Origin: Candidatus Limnocylindrales bacterium
Lineage (GTDB): Bacteria > Chloroflexota > Limnocylindria > Limnocylindrales > CSP1-4
DNA: 64,000 nucleotides
NCBI GenBank assembly: GCA_049514315.1
Contig: JBEKVD010000001.1
Coordinates: 4,380-68,379, forward strand
Direction: 5' to 3'
Positions 11,096 to 22,248 of the stretch are shown here, one piece after another. The translations under genes were made by a program, and so were the position numbers. Every line of letters begins with the position of its first letter. The first letter of the stretch is position 1. The notes under the pieces are model-generated. The model searched no databases and had not been told where the DNA came from. It worked only from the letters and a program-made list of their open reading frames with translations.

Positions 11096-12083
11096 GGTCG
11101 AGAACCCAGTCCGCGGTCGCCTCGTCGGTCACCATCACGTTGACGCAGCCCGACCGCAGGGCGGCAAGCGCAATCGGGCCCCTTCCCGGGCCGGCGGCGA
11201 CGCCCACCGCAAGAGCCTTCGCGCCGAGCTCCTCCAGCGGCAGGCCGATCGTCCGGCGGTCGAGCGACGGGAGGGCGATGCGACCGTCCAACGATAGGAA
11301 CCGCCCCAGGACGTCGCCCACCGCACCGGCCTCAGCGAGCGCGGCGAGCTCCGGGTCGCCGATGAAGCCGGACGCGACGTGGACGCTGTCCGGACCCATG
11401 ACGCCCATGCCGAAGACGGCGGTCTGGGCAGAGCGCGCGGCCGCGAGCGTCTGCCCGACGGACGGGTCTTTCTCGAGCGCCTCTCGAAGCTCGGGCGAGC
11501 CGACGATCGCGGGCGCCGCCATCATGCGGATCGCGGCTCCGGTCGTGAGCCCGAACTGCTCCACGACCTCCTGGGCCCGGGTCGGGCGGGCCGAGCGGGA
11601 CATCGCGCCGTTCAGCTGCACGATCTCGGACGCGGCCGTCCAGCCCGGGCGAAGATGTGCGGCGAGCTGGAGCATCGTGCGCCCCCACGAAACGCCTATC
11701 GCGCCCGCCGGCCGAAGCGAGGTCAGGTGGGCGGCGGCGGCACCGCCGACCCGCTCGCGGGCGAGGAGTTCCTGGTCGACGGCCGAAGCGGTCGGCGGCA
11801 CGTCGACGACGACCGCGCTCCGCAGGCCAAAGCGGCCGACCAGGCTGTCCTCGAGCTGTACCAGCCGGGCCGCGGGATGGACGATTTCGATGCGGACGGC
11901 CGACTCGCGCAGGGCGCGGTCCAGGAGGCGGCCGACCTTGAACCTGCTGACACCAAGGCGCTCGCCGACCTGATCCTGGGTCAGATTGAGCCGGTAATAG
12001 AGCTGGGCGGCGCGAAGCATCAGCCGGGTTTCCAGCCCGAGCTCGTCCTGGCGAAGGATAGCGGCGCCGGCGGGCATGCTCAA
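11088..12083 (-). CDS. SorC/DeoR-family sugar-phosphate-binding transcriptional regulator
   Basis: N-terminal HTH (LRAAQLYYRLNLTQDQVGERLGVSRFKVGRLLDRA), followed by a CggR/SorC-type sugar-binding domain. It is the first gene of the BMC operon and overlaps rpiB by 8 bp. Confidence 0.8.
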   Translation of the reverse strand: MSMPAGAAILRQDELGLETRLMLRAAQLYYRLNLTQDQVGERLGVSRFKVGRLLDRALRESAVRIEIVHPAARLVQLEDSLVGRFGLRSAVVVDVPPTASAVDQELLARERVGGAAAAHLTSLRPAGAIGVSWGRTMLQLAAHLRPGWTAASEIVQLNGAMSRSARPTRAQEVVEQFGLTTGAAIRMMAAPAIVGSPELREALEKDPSVGQTLAAARSAQTAVFGMGVMGPDSVHVASGFIGDPELAALAEAGAVGDVLGRFLSLDGRIALPSLDRRTIGLPLEELGAKALAVGVAAGPGRGPIALAALRSGCVNVMVTDEATADWVLDHA

Positions 12084-12243
12084 ATGTGCATATCTCTGCT
12101 CATATGTACAAGGCTACGCGCCCGACGACGGAGCTGTCAAGATACCTGGACTTGCCGTATTAACGGGCGTGCCGGTGCTCACGAGAGGGCCGGGCACGAG
12201 CGGTGCCGCTCCACCCGGCGACGCTTCCGGGCGGCGCCCGTTG

Positions 12244-13263
12244 TCAGACGGGTTCGACTCGCCGTCGCCCGCCGGATTCGACGACCGTCGTCGGCGCATT
12301 GTGCACCGCGGTGGTGGCGGGGATCGTGCCGAGCCGGCCGGCCTGGTAGTCGGCGAATGCCTGGACGACCTCGTCGCGCGTGTTCATCACGAACGGTCCC
12401 ATCCATGCGACGGGCTCTCGTATCGGTCGGCCGCCGAGGATGAGCAGATCGAGGTTCGGGCTGCGACTGTCCTGTGGCTGCAGCGCCGCGACCGTGAGCG
12501 CGTCGCCGGGTCCAAGGACTGCGAGCTGTCCGGTCCCGATCGGTCGTGCCTCCGCGCCGACGTTCCCATGGCCGGCCATTGCGTAGACGAGCGCGTTGTA
12601 GTCGGCCCGCCAGGGCAGCGACATGCGCGCCCCTGGGCTGAGGGTCGCGTGGACGAGCGTCATCGGCGTGTAGGTCGAGCCGGGCCCCCTGTGCCCGGCG
12701 ACCTCACCGGCGATGATCCGGACGAGCGCTCCGCCATCGGCTGAGCATGCGACCTCCACTTCCCGGGCCCGCAGGTCCTGGTAGCGCGGTGCAGCCCACT
12801 TCTGGGCGCGCGGAAGGTTCACCCAGAGCTGGAAGCCGTGGAAGAGCCCGCCGCTCACGACGAGCCATTCCGGCGGCTTCTCGATGTGCAGGATGCCGGA
12901 ACCCGCGGTCATCCACTGCGTGTCGCCGTTGGTGATCACTCCGCCGCCGCCGTTCGAGTCCGAATGCTCGAACGTCCCGTCGATCATGTACGTCACCGTC
13001 TCGAAGCCCCGGTGCGGGTGCCAGGGTGTCCCCTTCGGTTCGCCCGGGGCGTACTCGACTTCGCCCATCTGGTCCAGGTGAACGAAGGGGTCCAGGTCGC
13101 CGAGATCGACGCCGGCGAATGCTCGCCGGACGGGAAAGCCCTCCCCCTCGAGCCCACGCGGTGCGGTCGTCACGCTGCGCACGGCGCGCACCCGGGCGAT
13201 CGTTGAGTCGGGCTCCGGGATTCGGGGCAGGACGGTGATGTCTGGGACCGTGATCGCGGGCAT
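12244..13263 (-). CDS. Pirin-family bicupin protein
   Basis: Contains ...VEYAPGEPKGTPWHPHRGFETVTYMIDGTFEHSDSNGGGG...GDTQWMTAGSGILHIE (pirin metal-binding HxH...H...E region). The likely start is MPAITVP. The Arg-rich 5' part of the ORF is unlikely to be coding. Confidence 0.8.
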   Translation of the reverse strand: MPAITVPDITVLPRIPEPDSTIARVRAVRSVTTAPRGLEGEGFPVRRAFAGVDLGDLDPFVHLDQMGEVEYAPGEPKGTPWHPHRGFETVTYMIDGTFEHSDSNGGGGVITNGDTQWMTAGSGILHIEKPPEWLVVSGGLFHGFQLWVNLPRAQKWAAPRYQDLRAREVEVACSADGGALVRIIAGEVAGHRGPGSTYTPMTLVHATLSPGARMSLPWRADYNALVYAMAGHGNVGAEARPIGTGQLAVLGPGDALTVAALQPQDSRSPNLDLLILGGRPIREPVAWMGPFVMNTRDEVVQAFADYQAGRLGTIPATTAVHNAPTTVVESGGRRRVEPV

Positions 13264-13506
13264 GGAAACGTTCCTCGTCGGCCTGGCGCCGGGCTCTTCA
13301 AGGCGCTCGGCTACCCGATGATGGCGTCGTTTCCGGGGAAGCGGGCTGCGCGCGCGGCCAGCACCGCCTGGTGGTGCGGGGGCACGCACGAGATCAGCGA
13401 GCCGGCGCTGCCGGCCACCGGTCTGCCGGCGGGCCATCTGAGGCAGTCGGCCAGTCGACGCGAGTGGGACGGGGATCATCGCCTCCAATGCCCCGGGCGC
13501 TCGGTG

Positions 13507-13707
13507 TTACTCGTTCGCGTTCGGCGGCTTGGGCGCCCGGCCGGAGGGCACTCTTCTGGCGCGCTTGACCTGCGTATCGAGAACCTGCTTGAACTGCTTG
13601 GCCAGGCCGGTCTTCATGCCGGCACGCGCCGCGGCGTCCGCATCTCGATCGCGGCGCTTTGAACGCGCCGCCTCCGCGGGCCGAAGTTCGTCTTCGTGGT
13701 CGTCCAT
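13507..13707 (-). CDS. small basic hypothetical protein (~66 aa)
   Basis: MDDHEDELRPAEAARSKRRDRDADAAARAGMKTGLAKQFKQVLDTQVKRARRVPSGRAPKPPNANE. Codon usage is reasonable. No family is recognised. Confidence 0.3.
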   Translation of the reverse strand: MDDHEDELRPAEAARSKRRDRDADAAARAGMKTGLAKQFKQVLDTQVKRARRVPSGRAPKPPNANE

Positions 13708-13758
13708 GGATCGTCCGTTCCCTCCTTGATACCGGCGACCTGCTACGATCCGGCGGCG

Positions 13759-14136
13759 ATGGAACTCTACGGCGTCCGGATCCCGACGATCGTCTCCGAC
13801 AACATAGCAACCCGGTGCTCCGGTTGTGGCGAGGTCATCAAGGGCCGGCCGTGGCGGGTAAGCATCCTCGATATCGTGGCTCCAGAGGCGCCGGTCGGCT
13901 GGACTGAAGCCGCGGCGATCAACCCTGGCCCGTTCGAGTTCCACTCCGACCCGCGCCATGTGCTGGCCTGGATGGCCAGCCGGGGGATGCTCTTCTGCCG
14001 GCGCTCGCAAGTTCGCCAGATCATGAGGCCGGTCTGGGTGCCGACCGACCCCCGCCGACTGGGGTTGTGCGACGGCATCCACCACGACACTCACGAGTTC
14101 GTCGATCCGGCCGCCCACGCCGCCGACCGGAGCTGA
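13759..14136 (+). CDS. hypothetical protein with CxxC motif
   Basis: MELYGVRIPTIVSDNIATRCSGCGEVIKGRPW... has high GC3 and ends 6 bp before galU. No family is recognised. Confidence 0.4.
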   Translation: MELYGVRIPTIVSDNIATRCSGCGEVIKGRPWRVSILDIVAPEAPVGWTEAAAINPGPFEFHSDPRHVLAWMASRGMLFCRRSQVRQIMRPVWVPTDPRRLGLCDGIHHDTHEFVDPAAHAADRS

Positions 14137-14142
14137 GGGCAG

Positions 14143-15018
14143 ATGCGAGTACGTAAGGCGGTCTTCCCGGCCGCGGGATGGGGGACCCGCTTCCTCCCCG
14201 CCACCAAGGCACAACCGAAGGAGATGCTCCCGCTCGTTGACAAGCCGGTCATCCAGTACGCTGTCGAAGAGGCGGTCGAGGCCGGCATCGAGCAGGTCAT
14301 CATCGTTACCAGCAGCCAGAAGCGGGCGATCGAGGATCACTTCGATCTGAGCCTCGAGTTGGAGCAGCTCCTGGAGTCGCGCGGCGAGATCGAAAAGCTG
14401 CGCCAGATACGAGCCATCTCAGATCTGGCCCAGGTCTCTTACGTCCGCCAGAAGGAACAGCTGGGCCTCGGCCACGCCGTCCTTGTGGCCAAGGAACTGG
14501 TGGGCCACGAGCCTTTCGCGGTCATCCTCTCCGACGACGTGGTCATCGGCGAGCGGCCCTGCATCGGGCAGCTGATCCATGCCTACGAACGGACCCATTC
14601 GTCGATCGTGGCGGTCATGGAGGTGCCCCCCGAGGACACCAGTCGATACGGCGTCATAGCCGGTGAGGTTGCAGGCCCGGACGATCCGCGGCTCTACAGG
14701 CTCTCGGGCCTGGTCGAGAAGCCGGAGCCGGGGGCGGCACCGTCGAATCTGGCCATCATCGGCCGCTACGTCCTCACTCCGAAGATCTTCGAGAAGCTCG
14801 AGCAGACCCAGCGCGGAGCCGGCGGTGAGATTCAGCTGACGGACGCGATCGAGGCCCTGATGCAGGAGCAGGACGTCTACGGCTATGCCTTCGATGGGGT
14901 GAGATACGATGCCGGGACCACGATGGGCTGGCTCAAAGCGTCTGTAGAGCTGGCTCTCCAGAGAGAGGACATCGGAGGTCAGTTCCGACGGTACTTGCAG
15001 ACGCTCGACCTGAGCTGA
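14143..15018 (+). CDS. galU: UTP--glucose-1-phosphate uridylyltransferase
   Basis: The N-terminal nucleotidyltransferase motif AVFPAAGWGTRFLPATKAQPKEMLPLVDKPVIQY is diagnostic of GalU. 291 aa. Confidence 0.9.
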   Translation: MRVRKAVFPAAGWGTRFLPATKAQPKEMLPLVDKPVIQYAVEEAVEAGIEQVIIVTSSQKRAIEDHFDLSLELEQLLESRGEIEKLRQIRAISDLAQVSYVRQKEQLGLGHAVLVAKELVGHEPFAVILSDDVVIGERPCIGQLIHAYERTHSSIVAVMEVPPEDTSRYGVIAGEVAGPDDPRLYRLSGLVEKPEPGAAPSNLAIIGRYVLTPKIFEKLEQTQRGAGGEIQLTDAIEALMQEQDVYGYAFDGVRYDAGTTMGWLKASVELALQREDIGGQFRRYLQTLDLS

Positions 15019-15104
15019 CGCCGGGGTAGATCGGTGAAGGCTCGGCAGGCGGATGGCAGGTTGCATCAGAGGGCGTTCCTGCGCCGCAGCTAAGAGGATC
15101 AAGC

Positions 15105-17030
<1,926 letters not shown>

Positions 17031-17044
17031 AGTCCTACCGCGCC

Positions 17045-17533
17045 CTAACCCTTACGCGTCACCGACTTGAGTCCTCGGCGCCAGGCGAGCGCTTCTCGAT
17101 GACCCGGTACCGGGCCCCACGGTCGCGATCGATTAGAACTTCCGTGCTGGAGTCGTCTGCCACCTTGAGCCGGGATCGAGTCCGGCTCCCTCCACATGCC
17201 GTGGCCGTCGGCGGCCCGGTCCGGCGGCTCCTCCATGGCAGCGAGCGTCCCCCACAGTCCACGGCCGCTTTCGGCGGTCGGCACGGTTGACGCGCCGAAC
17301 GTGGAGTCGACCGTGTCGGCGGTCTCTTCCGACGATCGTTCCCAGCAGGCCCTTTCCTCTTCGCCCGTGAGGGGAGCGCGACCCCTGTCCAGGGCGCAGT
17401 AACCCAGGCGGATGGCGACGGCCTTGCGGAAGTTCCGGCACGATGCGCATGTAATCGTCGAGCGTTGACAATCCCAACACTGCGCGGCTTCCAGTTGTTG
17501 TGCTCCACAGTGCGGACAACGCCAGGCGGCCAT
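17045..17533 (-). CDS. hypothetical Cys-rich zinc-ribbon protein
   Basis: MAAWRCPHCGAQQLEAAQCWDCQRSTITCASCRNFRK has three CxxC pairs. The rest of the protein is low complexity. It is convergent with the kinase, and several Cys are encoded as TGT (atypical for this genome). Confidence 0.4.
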   Translation of the reverse strand: MAAWRCPHCGAQQLEAAQCWDCQRSTITCASCRNFRKAVAIRLGYCALDRGRAPLTGEEERACWERSSEETADTVDSTFGASTVPTAESGRGLWGTLAAMEEPPDRAADGHGMWREPDSIPAQGGRRLQHGSSNRSRPWGPVPGHREALAWRRGLKSVTRKG

Positions 17534-17604
17534 AGTCCGATTGTAGCTGCGATGACTCGGGCCGACCAGCAGGCGTGCGCCGGGCGAATCGATCGTGCCG
17601 CCGC

Positions 17605-18810
17605 TCAAGTCGTTGTGATGCCCGCCGTCCCGGCGACCTGGTCTCCCGCGGGCGAGGTCACGAGCACGCTGGCCTGACCGCTGCCCGCCAACGCACCCGA
17701 GATGTCCACCTGCCAGGTCGCTGTCCCGGTTGCGTCCGTCGAAAGCTCGGGCGACACTATCGGGCCGAGCCCCGCGATCGTGACTGTGAAGGTCACATCG
17801 GCGTCGGCCAGCGGCCCGCCGTTCAGCGAAGTGGCGTGGAGTGTCAGCTTCAGCGTGGTCGGTGACGACGACGCGAACTTGCTCGGAGTGACCTCGAGAT
17901 GGGCCGCCAGCTGACCGTAGTCGCGGTTGACCGTGAGACTGGCCGAGGACGAGTTGCCCGCCAGGTCGGTTGCCGACAGGTCGATGTTGTTCGGACCGGC
18001 GACGACCGGAACGGACAGCTTGAACTTGCCGTCAGCGCCGACGACCTGGCTGCTGAAGGCGCCGCCCGGCGCCTCCTCGTTGCGAATTGAGATCGTGGAT
18101 CCGGCGTCGCACGTTCCGGAAACGGCGACCGTTGAGACCGTCACCTTCGCCCCCTGGGCCGGGGCTGCGATCGAGATCTTGGGCGGCACGGTGTCGAGGA
18201 CGTAGGTAATCACCGGCGACCGCCCTCCCTCGCCGTTGGGCGTCGCCAACGTGGCTACGAAGTTGTTGTTGCCCTCGGTCAGGGTTATCGGCGGGGTGAT
18301 GAAGCGGGTCGTGGCTCCAACCGTCACGCTCGCCACCTGCCGCTGCGCACCATTCTTGCCGAGCAGGTAGACACGGACCGAGTAGCCGGTCTTCCCAACA
18401 GCCCCCGCCGGCACGCTGCCCTGGATCGGAGTCGAGGGCTGGTTCGTGTAGCCGTTGTTGGGCGGTGGATCGAGAAGGGGCGTGTCGAGAGCCACTCCGG
18501 AGGGCGGTACCGTTGCCGGAGCCCCTGACTCGAGGCGGCTGACCGCGTTGCCGAAGGCTGAGGCTATCTGGCCGATGATGTCGGTCATCAGTCCGGAACC
18601 GACCGTGAGCGTCAGCAGACCCAGCACGAGACAGCCGCTGACTATGACCGCGGCCATCGGCGGCGGGATCCTGGCGGCGGTCGAGAGGGGCCGGTACCGG
18701 CGCATGACGCCCGGAGGTGGTGCCGGGGCCTTGATCGACTGTGTCGACATCCGGTCGCTCGACGGCGGCCGGGGCCGAACATGAGCGGCTCGACGTTCTC
18801 GCATCGGCAT
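17605..18810 (-). CDS. membrane-anchored protein with bacterial Ig-like (Big) domains
   Basis: N-terminal TM helix MAAVIVSGCLVLGLLTLTVGSGL. Beta-rich repeats follow (TVPPKISIAAPAQGAKVTVSTVAVSGTCDAGSTISI...; DADVTFTVTIAGLGPIVSPELSTDATGTATWQV) that resemble Big/invasin-type folds. The exact start is uncertain (18750-18810). Confidence 0.55.
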   Translation of the reverse strand: MPMRERRAAHVRPRPPSSDRMSTQSIKAPAPPPGVMRRYRPLSTAARIPPPMAAVIVSGCLVLGLLTLTVGSGLMTDIIGQIASAFGNAVSRLESGAPATVPPSGVALDTPLLDPPPNNGYTNQPSTPIQGSVPAGAVGKTGYSVRVYLLGKNGAQRQVASVTVGATTRFITPPITLTEGNNNFVATLATPNGEGGRSPVITYVLDTVPPKISIAAPAQGAKVTVSTVAVSGTCDAGSTISIRNEEAPGGAFSSQVVGADGKFKLSVPVVAGPNNIDLSATDLAGNSSSASLTVNRDYGQLAAHLEVTPSKFASSSPTTLKLTLHATSLNGGPLADADVTFTVTIAGLGPIVSPELSTDATGTATWQVDISGALAGSGQASVLVTSPAGDQVAGTAGITTT

Positions 18811-19294
18811 GCTCGCTATTGTCTCATCACAGGAAGGTCGTCCTGTGCTATTGATCGCTCCGGTCCATCCAAACGCGGCCGGTTGCCGATCCGCGGGGCG
18901 GAACCCGGTGACCCGCGCTGGATGTGCGCGTGACGACGGGATGGATGTAGTCTGATATACAGAGCGTGCGTTCAGTTGCGTGCGTTCAGGTTCGAGGCAG
19001 CAGTGCAGGCTCGCGACCCAAAGCCCAATCGGCCCCGAGACCCCGATGCCGGTTTCGCCCATCCGGTGGCTGGCTTCGGGGGCCGAGTCGCGCCGATCGG
19101 TCGCCTGCAGCCCGGACCCGGTTCAGCCGGCGGGCCGCCCGGCAGTCGAACCGCCATCCGAACGGCGCCGCCACCCGGGACCTTCCCTCATGCAGGCCCC
19201 GGCCGGCCGGGACGCTACCCATTTCCGGCAACGGCTCGCGGAGGCATCGGCCTGCCGAACCTGCGCCGCAACGTGTGCCCGCATTTCTACATGA

Positions 19295-19485
19295 CCGGCA
19301 GCCGGGGGGCGATCCCGATCCAGGCGGCGCACCTGCTCAAGAATCTGATTCGCCAGGAGCAGAACGTCTCACGCTGCCAGCTCCGCGGCGGCGTCCACCT
19401 GGAGCAGGGATTCGTGAACGACGTCTGCCTGACGCCTCGGTGCAACCAGTGCGTCTTCTACGAAGACGGACTGCCGAAGGATTGA
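19295..19485 (+). CDS. small Cys-containing hypothetical protein (63 aa)
   Basis: MTGSRGAIPIQAAHLLKNLIRQEQNVSRCQLRGGVHLEQGFVNDVCLTPRCNQCVFYEDGLPKD. GC3 is high. It ends where folC begins. Confidence 0.3.
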
Positions 19486-20909
19486 CGGCACACCGCCTCA
19501 GCTATTCGGAGGCGCTATTCGCGCTCCAGTCCCGGGGCCGATTCGGCATTCACCTTGGATTGACCCGAACGAGAGCGCTGCTGGCCGAGCTCGGCCACCC
19601 CGAACGGAAGCTCCGTGGCGCGCTCATCGGCGGTACGAACGGCAAGGGGAGCGTCCTCGCTCTCGTGGGGTCCGCCCTGACCGAAGCCGGCTACAGGGTG
19701 GGGCAGACGCCGAAGCCGCATCTGGTCACGTACCGTGAGCGGCTCCAGATCGGAGGCTGCCCGGTCGAGCCGGAGACGTTCGCGCGACTGGCAGGTGAGG
19801 TCATGGCCAGGGCCGACCGGGTCGCCCGCCGGCACGGCGATCCGACCGAGTTCGAGCTGTTGACTGCCATCACCTTCCTGTGGTTCGCCGAGGCCGGCAT
19901 CGATCTGGCGGTCGTCGAGGTTGGCCTGGGCGGCCGGCTCGACGCGACGCACGCCTGGGATGGAGGTGTGGCGGTCATCACCAACGTTACGCTCGACCAT
20001 ACCGACCGACTCGGCGCGACCGTAGAGGCGATCGCCAGGGATAAGGCGGGGATCATCCTCAGAGGCGATCGGGCGGTGACAGGCGCCTGGGGCTCGGCGC
20101 TCGAAGTGATCGAGCGCCGAAGCCGGCGGGTGGCGGCTCCGCTGACGGTGACGACGCCCGCACCGATCCGCGGCTTCGACCTCGCCGGCATCGAGGTCGA
20201 GCTGGGGCGGCTGGGCACGGTTCGTGTCGGGCTGCGGGGGCGCCACCAGGCGGCGAACGTGGCCGTCGCAGATGCGACTTTGGACGCCCTCGAATCGGCG
20301 GGGATGGCCCGCGTTCCGGCCGAGGCGCGCCGCGCCGGCTACGCGACCGTTCGCTGGCCGGGGCGGCTGGAGTTGATCGAGGTCGAAGGCCGCCAGGTCC
20401 TGCTGGACGGCGCTCACAACCCGGCCGGGGCGGCGGCACTCGCCGAGGCGCTCGACGAAATGGCGCCGCTTCTGCGCCGGGGTCGGGCGACGCTGCTGCT
20501 GGCGATCATGGCCGACAAGGATGTAGACGGAATCATTCAGGCGCTGGCCGGCGCGACGATGCTTCGTGAGGCGCGGGTCATATGCACCGCGCCGGCCGGT
20601 GGCCGGGCGCTGCGTGCGGATCGCCTGGCGGCCCGCTGGAGCGCACTGGCGGGGCAGGCCGCCGAAGCCATCAGGGAGCCGCGAGATGCCCTTGACGCGG
20701 CCCTCGACGCAGGAAGGGGTGCAGGCGGCGGCGTCGGGCTTGCAGGCCGCGCCGCCGGCCGCGTTGCCGGCCGCTCCGGCGCTTCTGAGGCCGGCCCCCT
20801 CATCGTGGCCGGCTCGCTCTATCTCGTCGGCGCCGCCCGGGCGCTTCTCGTGGAGGATCCGGTTCTCGTCCCCGATCCGTCGCTGCCGCATCCGGAGGGC
20901 GAGCCGTGA
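19482..20909 (+). CDS. folC: Dihydrofolate synthase / folylpolyglutamate synthase
   Basis: Mur-ligase-family P-loop GGTNGKGSV. The FolC-type sequence is LTAHRLSYSEALFALQSRGRFGIHLGLTRTRALLAELGHPE...VITNVTLDHTDRLG. The probable start is TTG at 19482, since there is no in-frame ATG nearby. Confidence 0.8.
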   Translation: MTAHRLSYSEALFALQSRGRFGIHLGLTRTRALLAELGHPERKLRGALIGGTNGKGSVLALVGSALTEAGYRVGQTPKPHLVTYRERLQIGGCPVEPETFARLAGEVMARADRVARRHGDPTEFELLTAITFLWFAEAGIDLAVVEVGLGGRLDATHAWDGGVAVITNVTLDHTDRLGATVEAIARDKAGIILRGDRAVTGAWGSALEVIERRSRRVAAPLTVTTPAPIRGFDLAGIEVELGRLGTVRVGLRGRHQAANVAVADATLDALESAGMARVPAEARRAGYATVRWPGRLELIEVEGRQVLLDGAHNPAGAAALAEALDEMAPLLRRGRATLLLAIMADKDVDGIIQALAGATMLREARVICTAPAGGRALRADRLAARWSALAGQAAEAIREPRDALDAALDAGRGAGGGVGLAGRAAGRVAGRSGASEAGPLIVAGSLYLVGAARALLVEDPVLVPDPSLPHPEGEP

Positions 20910-21868
20910 CGCAGGTCGACCGCACCCAGCCGCTCGATCCCGGCACCCAGCCGCTCGATCCCGGCACCCAGCCGCTCGATCCCGCCCCCCGGCCGCTCGA
21001 GCCCACCCAGATCGGGTCGCGCATCTTCGAGTGGGGCAGCCGGACGTACATCATGGGCATCATCAACGTGACCCCGGACTCGTTCTCCGGCGACGGCCTC
21101 CTGGCGGCAGAAGCCGGAGCGGCCGGAATCGCCGGTCACCGCGACGCGGCAGTGGAGGCGGCCGTGGCTCAGGCCCGCCGCATGGTGGACGCGGGCGCCG
21201 ACATCCTGGACGTCGGCGGGGAATCCACGCGTCCCGGTCACGAACCGACGGCCGCGGACGAGGAGGAAGCCCGCGTCGTCCCGGTCATCTCCGCCATTTG
21301 CGCCGCCCTGCCCGGCGTCCCGGTCAGCGTCGACACATCCAAGCCCGCCGTGGCGTCGGCGGCTTTGGACGCCGGGGCATCGCTTCTCAACGACGTCTGG
21401 GGTGTATCGTCGGACGACGCCATGGCCCGCCTCGCCGCCGCTCGCGGCGTGCCCCTCGTGCTGATGCACAACCGGCTCCGGCCACACTATCGGGACTTGA
21501 TCGAGGAGTTGACGGCCGACCTGCGTGCGGCGCTGGATCGAGCCGGGACCGCGGGTGTGCCGCGCCGGAACCTGATAGTCGACCCGGGCTTCGGCTTTGG
21601 CAAGACACCCGAGCACAACCTCACGGTCATGCGCGAGCTGGCGAGCCTGCGGAGACTCGGTCAGCCGATCCTGCTGGGCGCATCCCGCAAGTCGACGATA
21701 GGGTGGTTGCTTGGAGGCCTGCCCACTGATCAGCGGCTCGAAGGCACTCTCGCCACGACCGTAGTCGCGATCGCGGCCGGCGTGGACATGATCCGAGTTC
21801 ACGACGTTCGGGCAAACGCTCGAGCTGCCCTGGTCGCCGACGCGATCTACCGGGAGAAACCCCAATGA
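20906..21868 (+). CDS. folP: Dihydropteroate synthase
   Basis: Pterin-binding domain YIMGIINVTPDSFSGDG...ILDVGGESTRPG...LNDVWG...DPGFGFGKT. It overlaps folC by 4 bp and carries an N-terminal 7-aa tandem repeat. Confidence 0.9.
   Translation: MTQVDRTQPLDPGTQPLDPGTQPLDPAPRPLEPTQIGSRIFEWGSRTYIMGIINVTPDSFSGDGLLAAEAGAAGIAGHRDAAVEAAVAQARRMVDAGADILDVGGESTRPGHEPTAADEEEARVVPVISAICAALPGVPVSVDTSKPAVASAALDAGASLLNDVWGVSSDDAMARLAAARGVPLVLMHNRLRPHYRDLIEELTADLRAALDRAGTAGVPRRNLIVDPGFGFGKTPEHNLTVMRELASLRRLGQPILLGASRKSTIGWLLGGLPTDQRLEGTLATTVVAIAAGVDMIRVHDVRANARAALVADAIYREKPQ
20920..21003 (+). repeat. 21-bp tandem repeat (3 perfect units plus 1 degenerate) inside the folP 5' end
   Basis: cggcacccagccgctcgatcc is repeated three times and encodes (PGTQPLD)n. 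Confidence 0.85.
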
Positions 21869-22248
21869 CGGACCGGGTCGGGCTCGTGAACATGCGCTTC
21901 GAGGGCCGGCACGGAGTGCTGGATGAAGAGCGGATGCGGGCCCAACCGTTCGAGGTCGACGCCGAACTGCACCTGGATCTCGGCCCCGCGGGCCTCGCCG
22001 ACGACCTTGCGCTGACCGCCGACTATCGCGACGTCTTCGAGATCTGCCGCGAGGTCGTCGAGGGCCCGAGCATGAAGCTTATCGAGGCCCTCGCGGAAAG
22101 CATCGCGGCGCGTCTTCTCGCAAGTTTCGAGGCCGTGGGAGTGTCGGAGGTTGTTGTCCGGGTCCGAAAACCAACGGTTCCGCTGCCGGGCGAGCTCGAC
22201 TGCGCCGCGGTCGAGATCAGGCGCCGACGCCCCGAAGGCCCGTTCTAG
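21865..22248 (+). CDS. folB: Dihydroneopterin aldolase
   Basis: 127 aa. GLVNMRFEGRHGVLDEERMRAQPFEVDAELHLD is the FolB signature. The gene overlaps folP by 4 bp. Confidence 0.85.
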   Translation: MTDRVGLVNMRFEGRHGVLDEERMRAQPFEVDAELHLDLGPAGLADDLALTADYRDVFEICREVVEGPSMKLIEALAESIAARLLASFEAVGVSEVVVRVRKPTVPLPGELDCAAVEIRRRRPEGPF

